Positions 1-8,568 of a DNA stretch of 64,000 nt are shown in pieces. The notes below the pieces were generated by a model that did no database searches, had not been told where the DNA came from, and saw nothing but the letters and a program-made list of their open reading frames with translations. Position 1 is the stretch's first letter. Each line of letters starts with the position of its first letter. Source of the DNA: an uncultured Clostridia bacterium. Its GTDB lineage: Bacteria > Bacillota > Clostridia > Christensenellales > Borkfalkiaceae. The translations under genes were made by a program, and so were the position numbers. The stretch covers positions 6,537 to 70,536 of the forward strand of contig CALVPS010000005.1 of assembly GCA_944354035.1 (NCBI GenBank), read 5' to 3'.

Positions 1-1
1 G

Positions 2-589
2 TTTTACGAACGCATTCCCCCGTGGGATACCATCATGCACTTCGCCTCCGGTCCGCTGTTCTCCTCGGTGGGGCTATGCCTTGCGTGGTTGCTGTTCCGC
101 GACAAATTGCAGGGCGCGGGCAGGGCCGTATCGTACGCGCTGTTTGCCCTGCTGTTTGCCCTGGCGGTAGGCTATCTTTGGGAAGTATACGAATACGCCT
201 ACGACAGCCTTACGGGAAAATCGCTGCAGGGATGGGAGCTTGGGCTGATAGAAGATCTCGGAAACGGACAATACCTGGTGGACGACAGGCGGGGCTCCGG
301 CCTGATCGACACGATGACCGACCTGATCGTAAACCTGGCGGGCTCGGCGCTGTTCCTCATCCCCGTGTTTGCGGTCTCGCTGAAGCGTCCCGCCGTTTTG
401 GACGGTTTTGCCGCGACCGTCTATCCCCGGCGCACGCGCAGACAACCCCGACGGGCAGCCGCGCAGACGGACGAACAGACGGACCCCGAAAAGAACGCTC
501 CTCAGAAGAAGGGACAGACGGACCCCGAACGGGAAACAACTCCTTCGGAGAACGAACAGACGGCCGCGCAGACGGACGAACGGCCGTAA
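2..589 (+). CDS. integral membrane protein, 5-prime partial (runs off left edge), acidic QTD-rich low-complexity C-terminal tail
   Basis: Frame is open from nt 2 (FYERIPPWDTIMHFASGPLF...); hydrophobic helices (GLCLAWLLF, LIVNLAGSALFLIPVF); tail built from repeated cagacggac units; followed by a palindromic terminator. Confidence 0.55.
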   Translation, partial: FYERIPPWDTIMHFASGPLFSSVGLCLAWLLFRDKLQGAGRAVSYALFALLFALAVGYLWEVYEYAYDSLTGKSLQGWELGLIEDLGNGQYLVDDRRGSGLIDTMTDLIVNLAGSALFLIPVFAVSLKRPAVLDGFAATVYPRRTRRQPRRAAAQTDEQTDPEKNAPQKKGQTDPERETTPSENEQTAAQTDERP

Positions 590-630
590 CGCAGCCCGCC
601 GCTCCGCCGTCGCGGCCGAAACAGACCATA

Positions 631-668
631 CGCGTGCGCGCCCTTCCGATCGGAAGGGCGCGCACGCG
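631..668. terminator. 38-nt perfect palindrome between convergent genes (bidirectional terminator candidate)
   Basis: cgcgtgcgcgcccttccga|tcggaagggcgcgcacgcg, 19+19 nt perfect arms centred on ccgatcgg, located between the + strand membrane gene and the - strand HAD gene. Confidence 0.5.
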
Positions 669-695
669 TTCTCTGTTTGCACTGCGCATGCAGGC

Positions 696-1538
696 TTAAT
701 CGTTTTTGTGCGGAAAGCAGCGCGCTTCCAGCCAGCGGGCCACCGCGTCCTCGTCGTTGGAGGCGAGCACCCCCGTAGCCAGCGCCTTTAACTCCGGGGC
801 GGCGTTCTGCACCGCGTAGCGCTCGTCCGCGGCCTCGAACAGCGGCAGATCGTTCGCCGCGTCGCCGAAACACACAAGGCGGCTGCAGCCCAGCCGCTCC
901 TGCAGAATGCGTGCGGCGGCGGCCTTGGAGACATTGGCCGGAAGCACTTCCAGCCAGGGCGCGTCGGTGTAGATATCGCGCGCAAAGATGCAGCGGAAGC
1001 GATCTTTCAGGCGCTCGTATGCGGGCGCAAGCTGCTCTTCGCTGTCGCCGATGCAGGCAAAGTAATATACGTCGCCGTCCAACGCCTCGCGCGGGGAAAA
1101 AATTTCCCTGGCGCGGCGGTCATCCTCGTAACCAATGCGCGAAAGCACAAATTCCCACTGCGCCCTGCCGCACTTGCGGCGGATGTACGAAAAGCGGTTT
1201 TTTCCGTCGATCACGGCATAGGTAAGAGGAAACAGGCCGTGTTCTTCAAACACGCCGTATATTTCGCGCTCCTCCTCTGCGGTAAAGCGCGCCGACCACA
1301 GCGGGCGGCGGGTAATGCTGTCCACAATAAACGCACCGTTGTGCACAATGACCGGGATATCCACCTCGATCCCCTTTGTAACGCGCACGGCGGTATCGAT
1401 GCTGCGCGCCGTGGCATACGAAAAATGCACCCCCGCCTGTACCAGTCGGTTGATCGCGGCGCAGGTATATGCGCTCAGCGTCTGATCGGACCGCAGCAGC
1501 GTGCCGTCTAGATCGCTTACGTACAGCGTATCGTTCAT
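696..1538 (-). CDS. Cof-type HAD-IIB family hydrolase/phosphatase
   Basis: N-terminal DLDGTLL motif (MNDTLYVSDLDGTLLRSD), C-terminal GDAANDLPLF motif, 280 aa; ATG verified at 1536-1538. Confidence 0.85.
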   Translation of the reverse strand: MNDTLYVSDLDGTLLRSDQTLSAYTCAAINRLVQAGVHFSYATARSIDTAVRVTKGIEVDIPVIVHNGAFIVDSITRRPLWSARFTAEEEREIYGVFEEHGLFPLTYAVIDGKNRFSYIRRKCGRAQWEFVLSRIGYEDDRRAREIFSPREALDGDVYYFACIGDSEEQLAPAYERLKDRFRCIFARDIYTDAPWLEVLPANVSKAAAARILQERLGCSRLVCFGDAANDLPLFEAADERYAVQNAAPELKALATGVLASNDEDAVARWLEARCFPHKND

Positions 1539-1599
1539 CGTTCCCCCCCAATGCTCCTCCGCGCGCAGGCGGCGGACGGCCGACCGGCACGAACGGCGG

Positions 1600-2037
1600 T
1601 CAGGCCTCGTACAAAATGGTCACCGGCCCGTCGTTTTGCTGCGCGATCGTCATATGCGCGCCGAACACGCCGCGCCTTACGCGCACCCCCAGCGCAGCCA
1701 GGCGATCGGCCGCATACAGGTACAGCGCTTGCGCCCGCTCGGGGCGCTCCGCTTCGGAAAACGAGGGACGATTCCCCCGCGCCGCGTCGCCGTACAGCGT
1801 AAACTGCGAGACGAGCAGTACCTCGCCGCCGACCTCCGAAACGGACAAATTCATTTTGCCCGCCCCGTCCTCGAATATGCGCAGACGCGCGATCTTATCG
1901 GCGCATTTTTCCGCCTGCCGCTCGGTATCGCCCGCCTTTACTCCCAAATACACAACAAGCCCGCGTCCGATCTCGGATACGGGCTCGCCGTTTACGGTGA
2001 GCGTAGCGCAGTTTACGCGCTGTGCCGCAAATTTCAT
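1600..2037 (-). CDS. dtd: D-aminoacyl-tRNA deacylase
   Basis: 145 aa, GRGLVVYLGV, SQFTLYGD, GNRPSF motifs typical of Dtd; start overlaps efp stop (TAATG). Confidence 0.9.
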   Translation of the reverse strand: MKFAAQRVNCATLTVNGEPVSEIGRGLVVYLGVKAGDTERQAEKCADKIARLRIFEDGAGKMNLSVSEVGGEVLLVSQFTLYGDAARGNRPSFSEAERPERAQALYLYAADRLAALGVRVRRGVFGAHMTIAQQNDGPVTILYEA

Positions 2038-2600
2038 TATACGCGGCTCATGTATTCGCCCGTACGGGTATCGATGCGGATCACATCGCCCTCGTTGACG
2101 AACATGGGCACCTGGAAAATCGCGCCTGTCTCCACCTTGGCGGCCTTGGTTACATTGGTGGCGGTATTGCCGCGCACGCCGGGCTCGGCCTCGATCACCT
2201 TCAGCTCCACAAAGTTTTCGGGCTCCACCGAAAACGCGTTCCCGTACAAGAATTTGACGGTGACGCTGTCGTTTTCACGGATATAACGCAGCGCGTCCTC
2301 CACCTGCGAATAGTTGAGCGGGGTGAGGTTGAACTCCTCGTCCATAAAGTAGTAGAACTCGCCGTCGTTGTACGAATAGGTCATTTTTTTGGTTTCTACC
2401 TGCGCGGTCTCCAGCTTTGCCGTGGGGTTGAACGTCTCGTCCGAAAGGACCTGCCCCGTGACCACGTTCTTCAGCGTGCAGCGCACGAACGCCGCGCCCT
2501 TGCCGGGTTTTACGTGCTGGAACTCGGTTACCGTGTACACGCCGCTCTTGTATTCAAACGTGGTACCTTTGCGAATATCGCCTGCCATGATCTGTGCCAT
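2037..2600 (-). CDS. efp: translation elongation factor P
   Basis: 187 aa, [45 protein letters not shown] is near-canonical EF-P. Confidence 0.95.
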   Translation of the reverse strand: MAQIMAGDIRKGTTFEYKSGVYTVTEFQHVKPGKGAAFVRCTLKNVVTGQVLSDETFNPTAKLETAQVETKKMTYSYNDGEFYYFMDEEFNLTPLNYSQVEDALRYIRENDSVTVKFLYGNAFSVEPENFVELKVIEAEPGVRGNTATNVTKAAKVETGAIFQVPMFVNEGDVIRIDTRTGEYMSRV

Positions 2601-2640
2601 TGTTATATCTCCTTGAATTTTTAACTTTACGAATCAAATA

Positions 2641-3696
2641 TTACAGTACGAGCAGCGCGTGCTGCGTCTTGTGCATAAACGAACGCACTTTACCCTCGCA
2701 TAAATATACGCTGTCCTCGATGCGGATACCGAACTCCCCGGCAAAGTACAGCCCCGGCTCGTCCGAAAATACCATGCCGTCGCACAGCGTCTGTGCGCTG
2801 CGAAACGCCAGCACGGGATACTCGTGGATCTGCAGCCCGATCCCGTGGCCCAGCGTATGCGTAAAATACTTATCCAGTCCGTGCTTGCGGAAATATCCGC
2901 GGGCGATCTCGTCGGCCTCTCGTCCCGTCATACCGGAGACGAGCGTCTCCTTTACCAGCTCGTGCGCGGCCAAAACGTGCGCGTACATCTGCCTGAACGT
3001 ATCGTGACGGCCGTCGTCGCCGAACAAAAAGGTGCGCGTGCAGTCCGAACAGTATCCCTCCACCTTGCAGCCGAAGTCGATCAGCACTGCGTCGCCGAAT
3101 CGCAGCTTTGCATCGCCCGTCTCGTGATGGGGAACGCTGGACCCGGCGCCGAAGGCCACGATGGTCTCGAACGACGTGCCGTCCGCGCCCCGCATGCGCA
3201 TTTCGTACTCCAAAACGGCGGCGGCCTCGCGCTCCGTCATCCCCTCTTTCAAACGGGGAAGGGTCGCCAGAAGTCCCTCTTCCGCAATGTCGCACGCCCG
3301 CGCGATCAGGGCGATCTCCCGCTCCGATTTAACAGTCATGGCGTCGCGCAGGGCGGGCATACAGTCGGTCAACCGAAATCCGCGCTCTTCCAGGCGCTCG
3401 CACGCCGCGCGGCTGATAAACGGAAAGGGAACGCCCAGCGTCTTTTGCCCTGCGACCAATTGCAGCGCCCGCTCGAACCCGCCCTCCACAACGCGCACGT
3501 CGCCGCCGGAAAGCTGCCGTTCGGCCGCCTCGAAGTAGCGCGCGTCGGCAACAAAGGTGCAAGCGGCGCCGTCACAGATCACATAGCCGTCCGTCGAATA
3601 AAATCCCGTAACGTAGCGGCGCAAAAAATCCTGCTCCAAAAAGAGCGCGTCCGCACCGCTTGCGGCAACGATTTGCCGCAGTTTTTCCCGATCCAT
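2641..3696 (-). CDS. M24 family Xaa-Pro aminopeptidase
   Basis: Creatinase-like N-domain plus M24 metal ligands (DFGCKVEGYCSDCTRT, HGLGHGIGLQIHE, EPGLY, IRIEDSV); start set to internal ATG (MDREKLRQIV) at 3694-3696 rather than the ORF-track start. Confidence 0.85.
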   Translation of the reverse strand: MDREKLRQIVAASGADALFLEQDFLRRYVTGFYSTDGYVICDGAACTFVADARYFEAAERQLSGGDVRVVEGGFERALQLVAGQKTLGVPFPFISRAACERLEERGFRLTDCMPALRDAMTVKSEREIALIARACDIAEEGLLATLPRLKEGMTEREAAAVLEYEMRMRGADGTSFETIVAFGAGSSVPHHETGDAKLRFGDAVLIDFGCKVEGYCSDCTRTFLFGDDGRHDTFRQMYAHVLAAHELVKETLVSGMTGREADEIARGYFRKHGLDKYFTHTLGHGIGLQIHEYPVLAFRSAQTLCDGMVFSDEPGLYFAGEFGIRIEDSVYLCEGKVRSFMHKTQHALLVL

Positions 3697-3960
3697 AATT
3701 TTATTATAGCAAAACGCCGTCTGCAAGTCAATAATTTTCCGACAACTGCGCGCCATACTTTATAAAAAAGCCGCGCACGGACACGGCAGGCGAGCCCGCT
3801 CCTTGGTTTCGCCGTGCCCGTCTCGTTCTCTTGCCCCGCAGCGCGATACCTGTCGCCGCCCCGCCCTGTCCCGTCGTTCCGACCACAATGACGAAAAGGC
3901 GCCCTGCGCCGCCCGAAAGGAGCGGTGCAGGGCGCCATTGCCTGCGTTCTTTGCACGCCG

Positions 3961-4812
3961 TTACGGCTGCAACCCCTCGTACAAACGCTTCATTGCAAGG
4001 GCGTCCTCGGCCTGCGTCCCGTCCGATTCGCTTACGATATACGGCTCCAGCGCAAGCTCCCGCAGCACGCGCGCAAGCGGCGCAAACTCCGGACCGTACA
4101 CCTCGTCGGCAAAGGTGAGGTGCTTTACTTCGCCCTTGGCGCCGTACATGATCTTGGAAAAATGCACATGAAACGCTTTCATGCGTCCGTACCCGAGGCG
4201 ATCGATCAGCATGGTAAGCAGCATGCGGTAATCTTCGTCCGTCTTCAAACACCCCTGTCCGCGCGCATTGACGTGTCCGAAGTCGACGCACGGCATATAT
4301 ACGGGATCGATCTCGCAAAACCGCGCGACCTCTTCGGGCGTGCCGATCTGGGCAAGTTTTCCCATCGTCTCGGGGCAGAACGTCATGTCCTGCAGACCGT
4401 TCGCATAAATATGATCGCGCAAGATCTGCAGCCGCTGCACCGTGCGCTCCACGGCAGCGTCACGCGTGTCCTTGCCCTGCGCCGCGGGATGAAACACCAC
4501 CCGCTTTCCGCCCATGGCGCGGCACATTTTGGCACTATCCAGCACGTACGCGTACGATTTGGCCGCCATTTCGTCGTCGGGATTGGCAAAATTGATAAAG
4601 TAGGGCGCGTGCACCGAAATTGCCACGCCCTCGGCGGCAAACGCCCTGCCGATGGCGCGCGCCTTTTCTTCGCTCATACGCACGCCCCTTCCGAACGAAT
4701 ACTCAAAACAGTCCAGCCCCATTTGCCTTACATAGGCGGCAGCCTGCTCGGTGTGTTCATATCCGGCCGCATAAAAGCTGATCGAATTGCCGCTCGGTCC
4801 GAATCGTATCAT
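3961..4812 (-). CDS. xylose-isomerase-like TIM-barrel protein (endonuclease IV / sugar-phosphate isomerase superfamily)
   Basis: 283 aa, MIRFGPSGNS...GLDCFEYSFGRGV...ISVHAPYFINFANP...VVFHPA pattern of the AP-endonuclease-2/TIM-barrel fold; 4-nt overlap with upstream gene. Confidence 0.65.
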   Translation of the reverse strand: MIRFGPSGNSISFYAAGYEHTEQAAAYVRQMGLDCFEYSFGRGVRMSEEKARAIGRAFAAEGVAISVHAPYFINFANPDDEMAAKSYAYVLDSAKMCRAMGGKRVVFHPAAQGKDTRDAAVERTVQRLQILRDHIYANGLQDMTFCPETMGKLAQIGTPEEVARFCEIDPVYMPCVDFGHVNARGQGCLKTDEDYRMLLTMLIDRLGYGRMKAFHVHFSKIMYGAKGEVKHLTFADEVYGPEFAPLARVLRELALEPYIVSESDGTQAEDALAMKRLYEGLQP

Positions 4813-5555
4813 GGCTCTTCCCCTTTGGAACGATCCCCCTCTTCGCCCGCTTCGGCGCGCCCCTCCCGCACGCTTGCGGGATCGTCCCCCGCAGTTTCCT
4901 CGGCACGCCCTTCCTGCGGTTCCCCGGCCGGATCGGCGTCCGCCGCCCCGGCGGCCGCGTCCAGTGCGAGCTCCTCCGCCGTCTTACGACGGTACACCGT
5001 CATGTCCGTTCCCGAATCGCGGATCAGCACGTCCTTGGGATAAAACGGCAGCTTGCACGCCACAAAAATATCGCCCGTGGCGCCGCCGATGTTGCCCGCC
5101 TGCAGCAGCCAGATCACCCAAAACCAAACGTCCGAGTGGAAAAACGCCGCCAGCACGCCGAACACGATCCCCCACAACAGGCAGGGCGCCAGCGCGATCA
5201 GAGCGTATCGGGATTTATCGAACAGGGCACTGCTGCCGCAATAGGCATAAAAAGGAAGTTTTACGCCGAACACGGGCCTTACCCTGCACAGAAGATACAT
5301 GACCGCGCCGTGCGTCAACTCGTGCAGCACGATGTAGGCAAGGTACGAAAGGATCAGCACCAACACGGGGACAAAGGTGAACAGCCCGTGTTCGCGCAAT
5401 TCGACCATGGGGTTGACAATAAACCATCCCCCCGCGATAAACGCAATAAACACCAACACCGCCGAAAGATTTACGACAAGAAACTGCCGTTTGTTGTGCT
5501 CCAGGTCGATCTTGGCAAGATAGGTATAGCTATTCGGCAACTCTCTATAACACAT
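4809..5555 (-). CDS. DUF3267-type membrane zincin-like protein with acidic Ala/Glu-rich C-terminal tail
   Basis: HELTHG motif in a polytopic membrane protein; start set to ATG at 5553-5555 preceded by AAGGAG; ORF-track start would overlap ribF further. Confidence 0.7.
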   Translation of the reverse strand: MCYRELPNSYTYLAKIDLEHNKRQFLVVNLSAVLVFIAFIAGGWFIVNPMVELREHGLFTFVPVLVLILSYLAYIVLHELTHGAVMYLLCRVRPVFGVKLPFYAYCGSSALFDKSRYALIALAPCLLWGIVFGVLAAFFHSDVWFWVIWLLQAGNIGGATGDIFVACKLPFYPKDVLIRDSGTDMTVYRRKTAEELALDAAAGAADADPAGEPQEGRAEETAGDDPASVREGRAEAGEEGDRSKGEEP

Positions 5556-6414
5556 GCAATAATCGCTCCTTGTCCCGTTCCAGCTGTTCACGCAGCGCTT
5601 CGGGCGAAGAAAAACGCATGACGGGACGAAAATACTCGCGCGGGTATATGCGCACCACGGCGCCGTATAGATCGCCGTGAAAGCCGTGCAAATAGGCCTC
5701 TGCCTTTTTTTCCGTCACGCCAAAGGTGGGCCGCGCACCGAAATTGATAATGGCGGGGAACTCCCCCAGCGGCGTCTGCACGGTCCCGCCGTATACGCCC
5801 TCTTTGGGGGGAAGTTTTTCGGCGGGAAGCGTCACGTTCAGCGTGGGAAATCCCAAGACCGGGCCACCCACATGCCGGCCGTGCTCCACCGTGCCCTGCG
5901 CAAAATAGGGCGTCAGCAAGAGCCTCGCGGCCTCGGCCATGTTCCCCTCCGCCACCGCCCGCTTGACGCGGGAGGCGGAAATTTTTTCGCCTCCGTCATC
6001 CAGCAGCGGCAGCACAGACACCGGACAAGGCGCAAGGCGAACGAGCAGCGCGGGCGTGCCCTGCGCCCCGCGGCCGAAACGAAAGTCTTCGCCGCAGAAC
6101 GCCGCGCGCGCGGCGATGCGCCCGAATAAATCGTTTAAAAAATTTTGCGCGGACGTGGCGCGCAGGCGGTCGTCGAACACATACTCCGCCGCAAACGACA
6201 GGCCCGCGTCCGCAAAGATCTCTCTGCGCTCCGCCGCCGTAAACAGCTCGCCGCCCGCCTTTATGCCGTAAAAGGAGGTGAGCCCGACCGCAAGACCGCT
6301 TGACTTTGCGGCATACAGCAGCCGCGCATGCCCGCGGTGCAGGCCGTCGAACCCGCCCAGCAGCAGCGCGCACGGCGCGTCGTACCGTTCGCGGGGCCCC
6401 AAAACATTTAACAT
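5545..6414 (-). CDS. ribF: bifunctional riboflavin kinase / FMN adenylyltransferase
   Basis: MLNVLGP..ALLLGGFDGLHRGHARLL (nucleotidyltransferase HxGH) and C-terminal riboflavin-kinase region (GFPTLN, PTFG); start ATG 6412-6414; the 419-aa ORF-track version is an antisense-free N-terminal over-extension into truB. Confidence 0.9.
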   Translation of the reverse strand: MLNVLGPRERYDAPCALLLGGFDGLHRGHARLLYAAKSSGLAVGLTSFYGIKAGGELFTAAERREIFADAGLSFAAEYVFDDRLRATSAQNFLNDLFGRIAARAAFCGEDFRFGRGAQGTPALLVRLAPCPVSVLPLLDDGGEKISASRVKRAVAEGNMAEAARLLLTPYFAQGTVEHGRHVGGPVLGFPTLNVTLPAEKLPPKEGVYGGTVQTPLGEFPAIINFGARPTFGVTEKKAEAYLHGFHGDLYGAVVRIYPREYFRPVMRFSSPEALREQLERDKERLLHVL

Positions 6415-7241
6415 AACTTTTTCTCCGCGCGTGCAAGGCCGTTTTCCACGCGTGCAAGGCCGTAAAAGGCGCCGTCCGCGTACAGCTTGTACAGCCCGTC
6501 GGCAACGTCGGCCGCAACGCTTACGCCGTGAAAGATGCGCGCGTCGCCGCAGACGAGCACGGGATAGGGCAGCACGCTGTCGGTCGGAATGAGAAACGCC
6601 GCCGCATTCTCCGCCGTCAGCCGATCGAGCGGCACGGCCGTCTCCTCGGTAAAAACGCCGCTTGCCGTGCGGCGCAGATAGGTCATGTAGCCCTGCGTGC
6701 CCAGCGCCGCGGCCAGATCGCGCGCCAGCGCGCGGATGTACGTTCCGGCACCGCACACGATATCGAACGCAAACTCCGCGGGGCCCGTCTGCCCGGTCAG
6801 GCAAAACGAATGCACCGTAACGCGCCGCTGCGGCAGCTCAAAGTCCTCCCCCGCCCGCGCAAGCGCGTACCCGCGGCGGCCGCCCACCGAGACGGCGCTG
6901 TATTTGGGCGGGATCTGAACGATCTCGCCCGTGAATGCGGGCAGCGCCCGTACGATCTCCTCCTCCGAGGGCACGCGCCCCCCTGCGACCGGCGTTCCTT
7001 CCCGGTCAAGCGTATCCGTCGTCGCGCCAAAAACAAAGCGCGCCGTATACCGCTTTTGCTTTTGCAAAAAGTAGTCGAACAGGCGCGTGGCGTTTCCCAC
7101 GCCGACGGGGAGTACGCCGCAGGCAAGCGGGTCGAGGGTCCCCATGTGACCGCAGGATACATGCAGCAGACGCTTTACGCGGTTGACCGCTGCAGCCGAA
7201 CTTACGCCCTCCGGTTTGAAAAGATTTAAAAACCCCGTCAT
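6408..7241 (-). CDS. truB: tRNA pseudouridine(55) synthase
   Basis: GFLNLFKPEGVSS...GHMGTLDPLACGVLPV catalytic Asp motif; position between nrnA and ribF. Confidence 0.92.
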   Translation of the reverse strand: MTGFLNLFKPEGVSSAAAVNRVKRLLHVSCGHMGTLDPLACGVLPVGVGNATRLFDYFLQKQKRYTARFVFGATTDTLDREGTPVAGGRVPSEEEIVRALPAFTGEIVQIPPKYSAVSVGGRRGYALARAGEDFELPQRRVTVHSFCLTGQTGPAEFAFDIVCGAGTYIRALARDLAAALGTQGYMTYLRRTASGVFTEETAVPLDRLTAENAAAFLIPTDSVLPYPVLVCGDARIFHGVSVAADVADGLYKLYADGAFYGLARVENGLARAEKKLC

Positions 7242-8206
7242 ACGGGCAGCCTCTGCAATACGGCGTACCGCAGCTTGTCGATCGCCTCTTCCGAAGGACC
7301 GAACAGCATGCAGCCGGAGGCAAGCACGTGCCCGCCCCCGCCGAACAGTGCGGCCACCTCGTTTACGTTTACCGCGCCTTTGGAGCGCAGCGAGGCCTTA
7401 TACTGCCCGCGCTTTACCTCCATAAGGCATACGCTCACTTCCACCGTGTCCACCGTAAGCGCAAAATCTACAATGCCCTCCGTTGCATCCTGCTGCAGGC
7501 CGTACCGCTGCAGCATCTCCTGCGTGACGACTGTCACGGCCAACCGGTCGTCCAGGTCGTAGCGCAGCGCCGTGATCGCCTCGGCGTACATCTGTGCGCG
7601 CCGCCTGCTCTGCTTTTTAAAAATTTCGTAAGTGACGGCGCTCACGTCCGCGCCCGCGTCCGCGGCATAGGCGGCGGCGCGGAAGGTATCGCCGTTGACG
7701 TCGCTGTGCGAAAAGGCGCCCGAGTCGGTCACCATACCCATCATAAGGTAGTTTCCTGTAAGCGCGTCCGGCGTAATGCCCGCCAGCCGGATAAGCTCTG
7801 CAATATTTTCGCAGTTGCTGGCGCGCGGCCGCACAAAGTTATAGCGGCAAAAGCGGGTGTTGGAGACATGATGGTCAATGTTTACGGTCAGCTTGCGCTT
7901 TTTTACCCCCTCCGTAAACACCGGCTGAAGCAGACCGAGGCGCGCCTCGTCGCTCGAATCGACGCAGATATACGCCTCCGCGTCGATCGAGGGCCGCTGC
8001 CCGATCGCGGAAACGCCCTCCAAAAAGAAAAATTTTTGCGGCACGGCGCCTTCGTTTACCACCTCGTTGCGGACGCCGAGCATAAAAAGAGCGCGGGAGA
8101 GCGCCATTGCGCTGCCGATCGTATCGCCGTCGGGGCGCATATGGGTAAAGATCACCGCGCTTTTCAGACGTTTTAAAACGTCTGCGATCTCCTGTAACGT
8201 ATTCAC
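7238..8206 (-). CDS. nrnA: DHH/DHHA1 family phosphoesterase (NrnA-type oligoribonuclease/pAp phosphatase)
   Basis: HMRPDGDTIGS, DHH (NIDHH), GGGH motifs; GTG start overlapping rbfA stop (GTGA). Confidence 0.85.
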   Translation of the reverse strand: MNTLQEIADVLKRLKSAVIFTHMRPDGDTIGSAMALSRALFMLGVRNEVVNEGAVPQKFFFLEGVSAIGQRPSIDAEAYICVDSSDEARLGLLQPVFTEGVKKRKLTVNIDHHVSNTRFCRYNFVRPRASNCENIAELIRLAGITPDALTGNYLMMGMVTDSGAFSHSDVNGDTFRAAAYAADAGADVSAVTYEIFKKQSRRRAQMYAEAITALRYDLDDRLAVTVVTQEMLQRYGLQQDATEGIVDFALTVDTVEVSVCLMEVKRGQYKASLRSKGAVNVNEVAALFGGGGHVLASGCMLFGPSEEAIDKLRYAVLQRLPV

Positions 8207-8568
8207 TTTTCCGAATCCTTTTGGTGGAGCGACTCGAACAATTCATCCATATGCGAGCCGTATTCCATACTCTCGTCCGCCAAAAAGGTAAGCGACGGAA
8301 CGGTGCGCATGCGCATCACCTTCGAAAGCTCGTGCCGCACAAACCCCGCGTTCTCCCGCAAAATTTCAAAGGAACGCGCCTTTTCCTGCGGCGTCTTTGC
8401 AAAGATGCTTACATAGATCTTTGCCGTCTTTAGATCGGGCGCGACGTCTGCCTCCGTCACGCTGATCAGTCCCTTCAGCTCCGGTTCGCGGTCTTTGAGT
8501 TCGCCCGCGACGATCGCGGCGATCTCCTTTTGAAATTCGCCGTTCAGGCGATCGGTGCGTTTGGTCAT
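8203..8568 (-). CDS. rbfA: ribosome-binding factor A
   Basis: [20 protein letters not shown]...VTEADVAPDLKTAKIYVS typical RbfA; ATG 8566-8568 overlaps infB stop (ATGA). Confidence 0.9.
   Translation of the reverse strand: MTKRTDRLNGEFQKEIAAIVAGELKDREPELKGLISVTEADVAPDLKTAKIYVSIFAKTPQEKARSFEILRENAGFVRHELSKVMRMRTVPSLTFLADESMEYGSHMDELFESLHQKDSEK

Noticed and set aside
420-589. cagacggac (QTD) repeats at the 3-prime end of the first gene as a possible independent repeat element.
   Set aside because: The repeats are in frame within the membrane-protein ORF and simply encode a low-complexity acidic tail. There is no evidence for a separate feature.
5545-6804. Over-long ORF-track versions of real genes: ribF 419 aa, nrdR 323 aa at 16095-17066, dipeptidase 479 aa at 60135-61574, rlmN 422 aa at 62521-63789, rpe, thiN, ldh, asp23 and others.
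   Set aside because: The N-terminal extensions are Arg-rich junk that reads through the upstream gene or intergenic DNA. The conserved protein begins at an internal ATG that typically forms an ATGA/TAATG overlap with, or closely follows, the upstream stop. Coordinates were trimmed accordingly.
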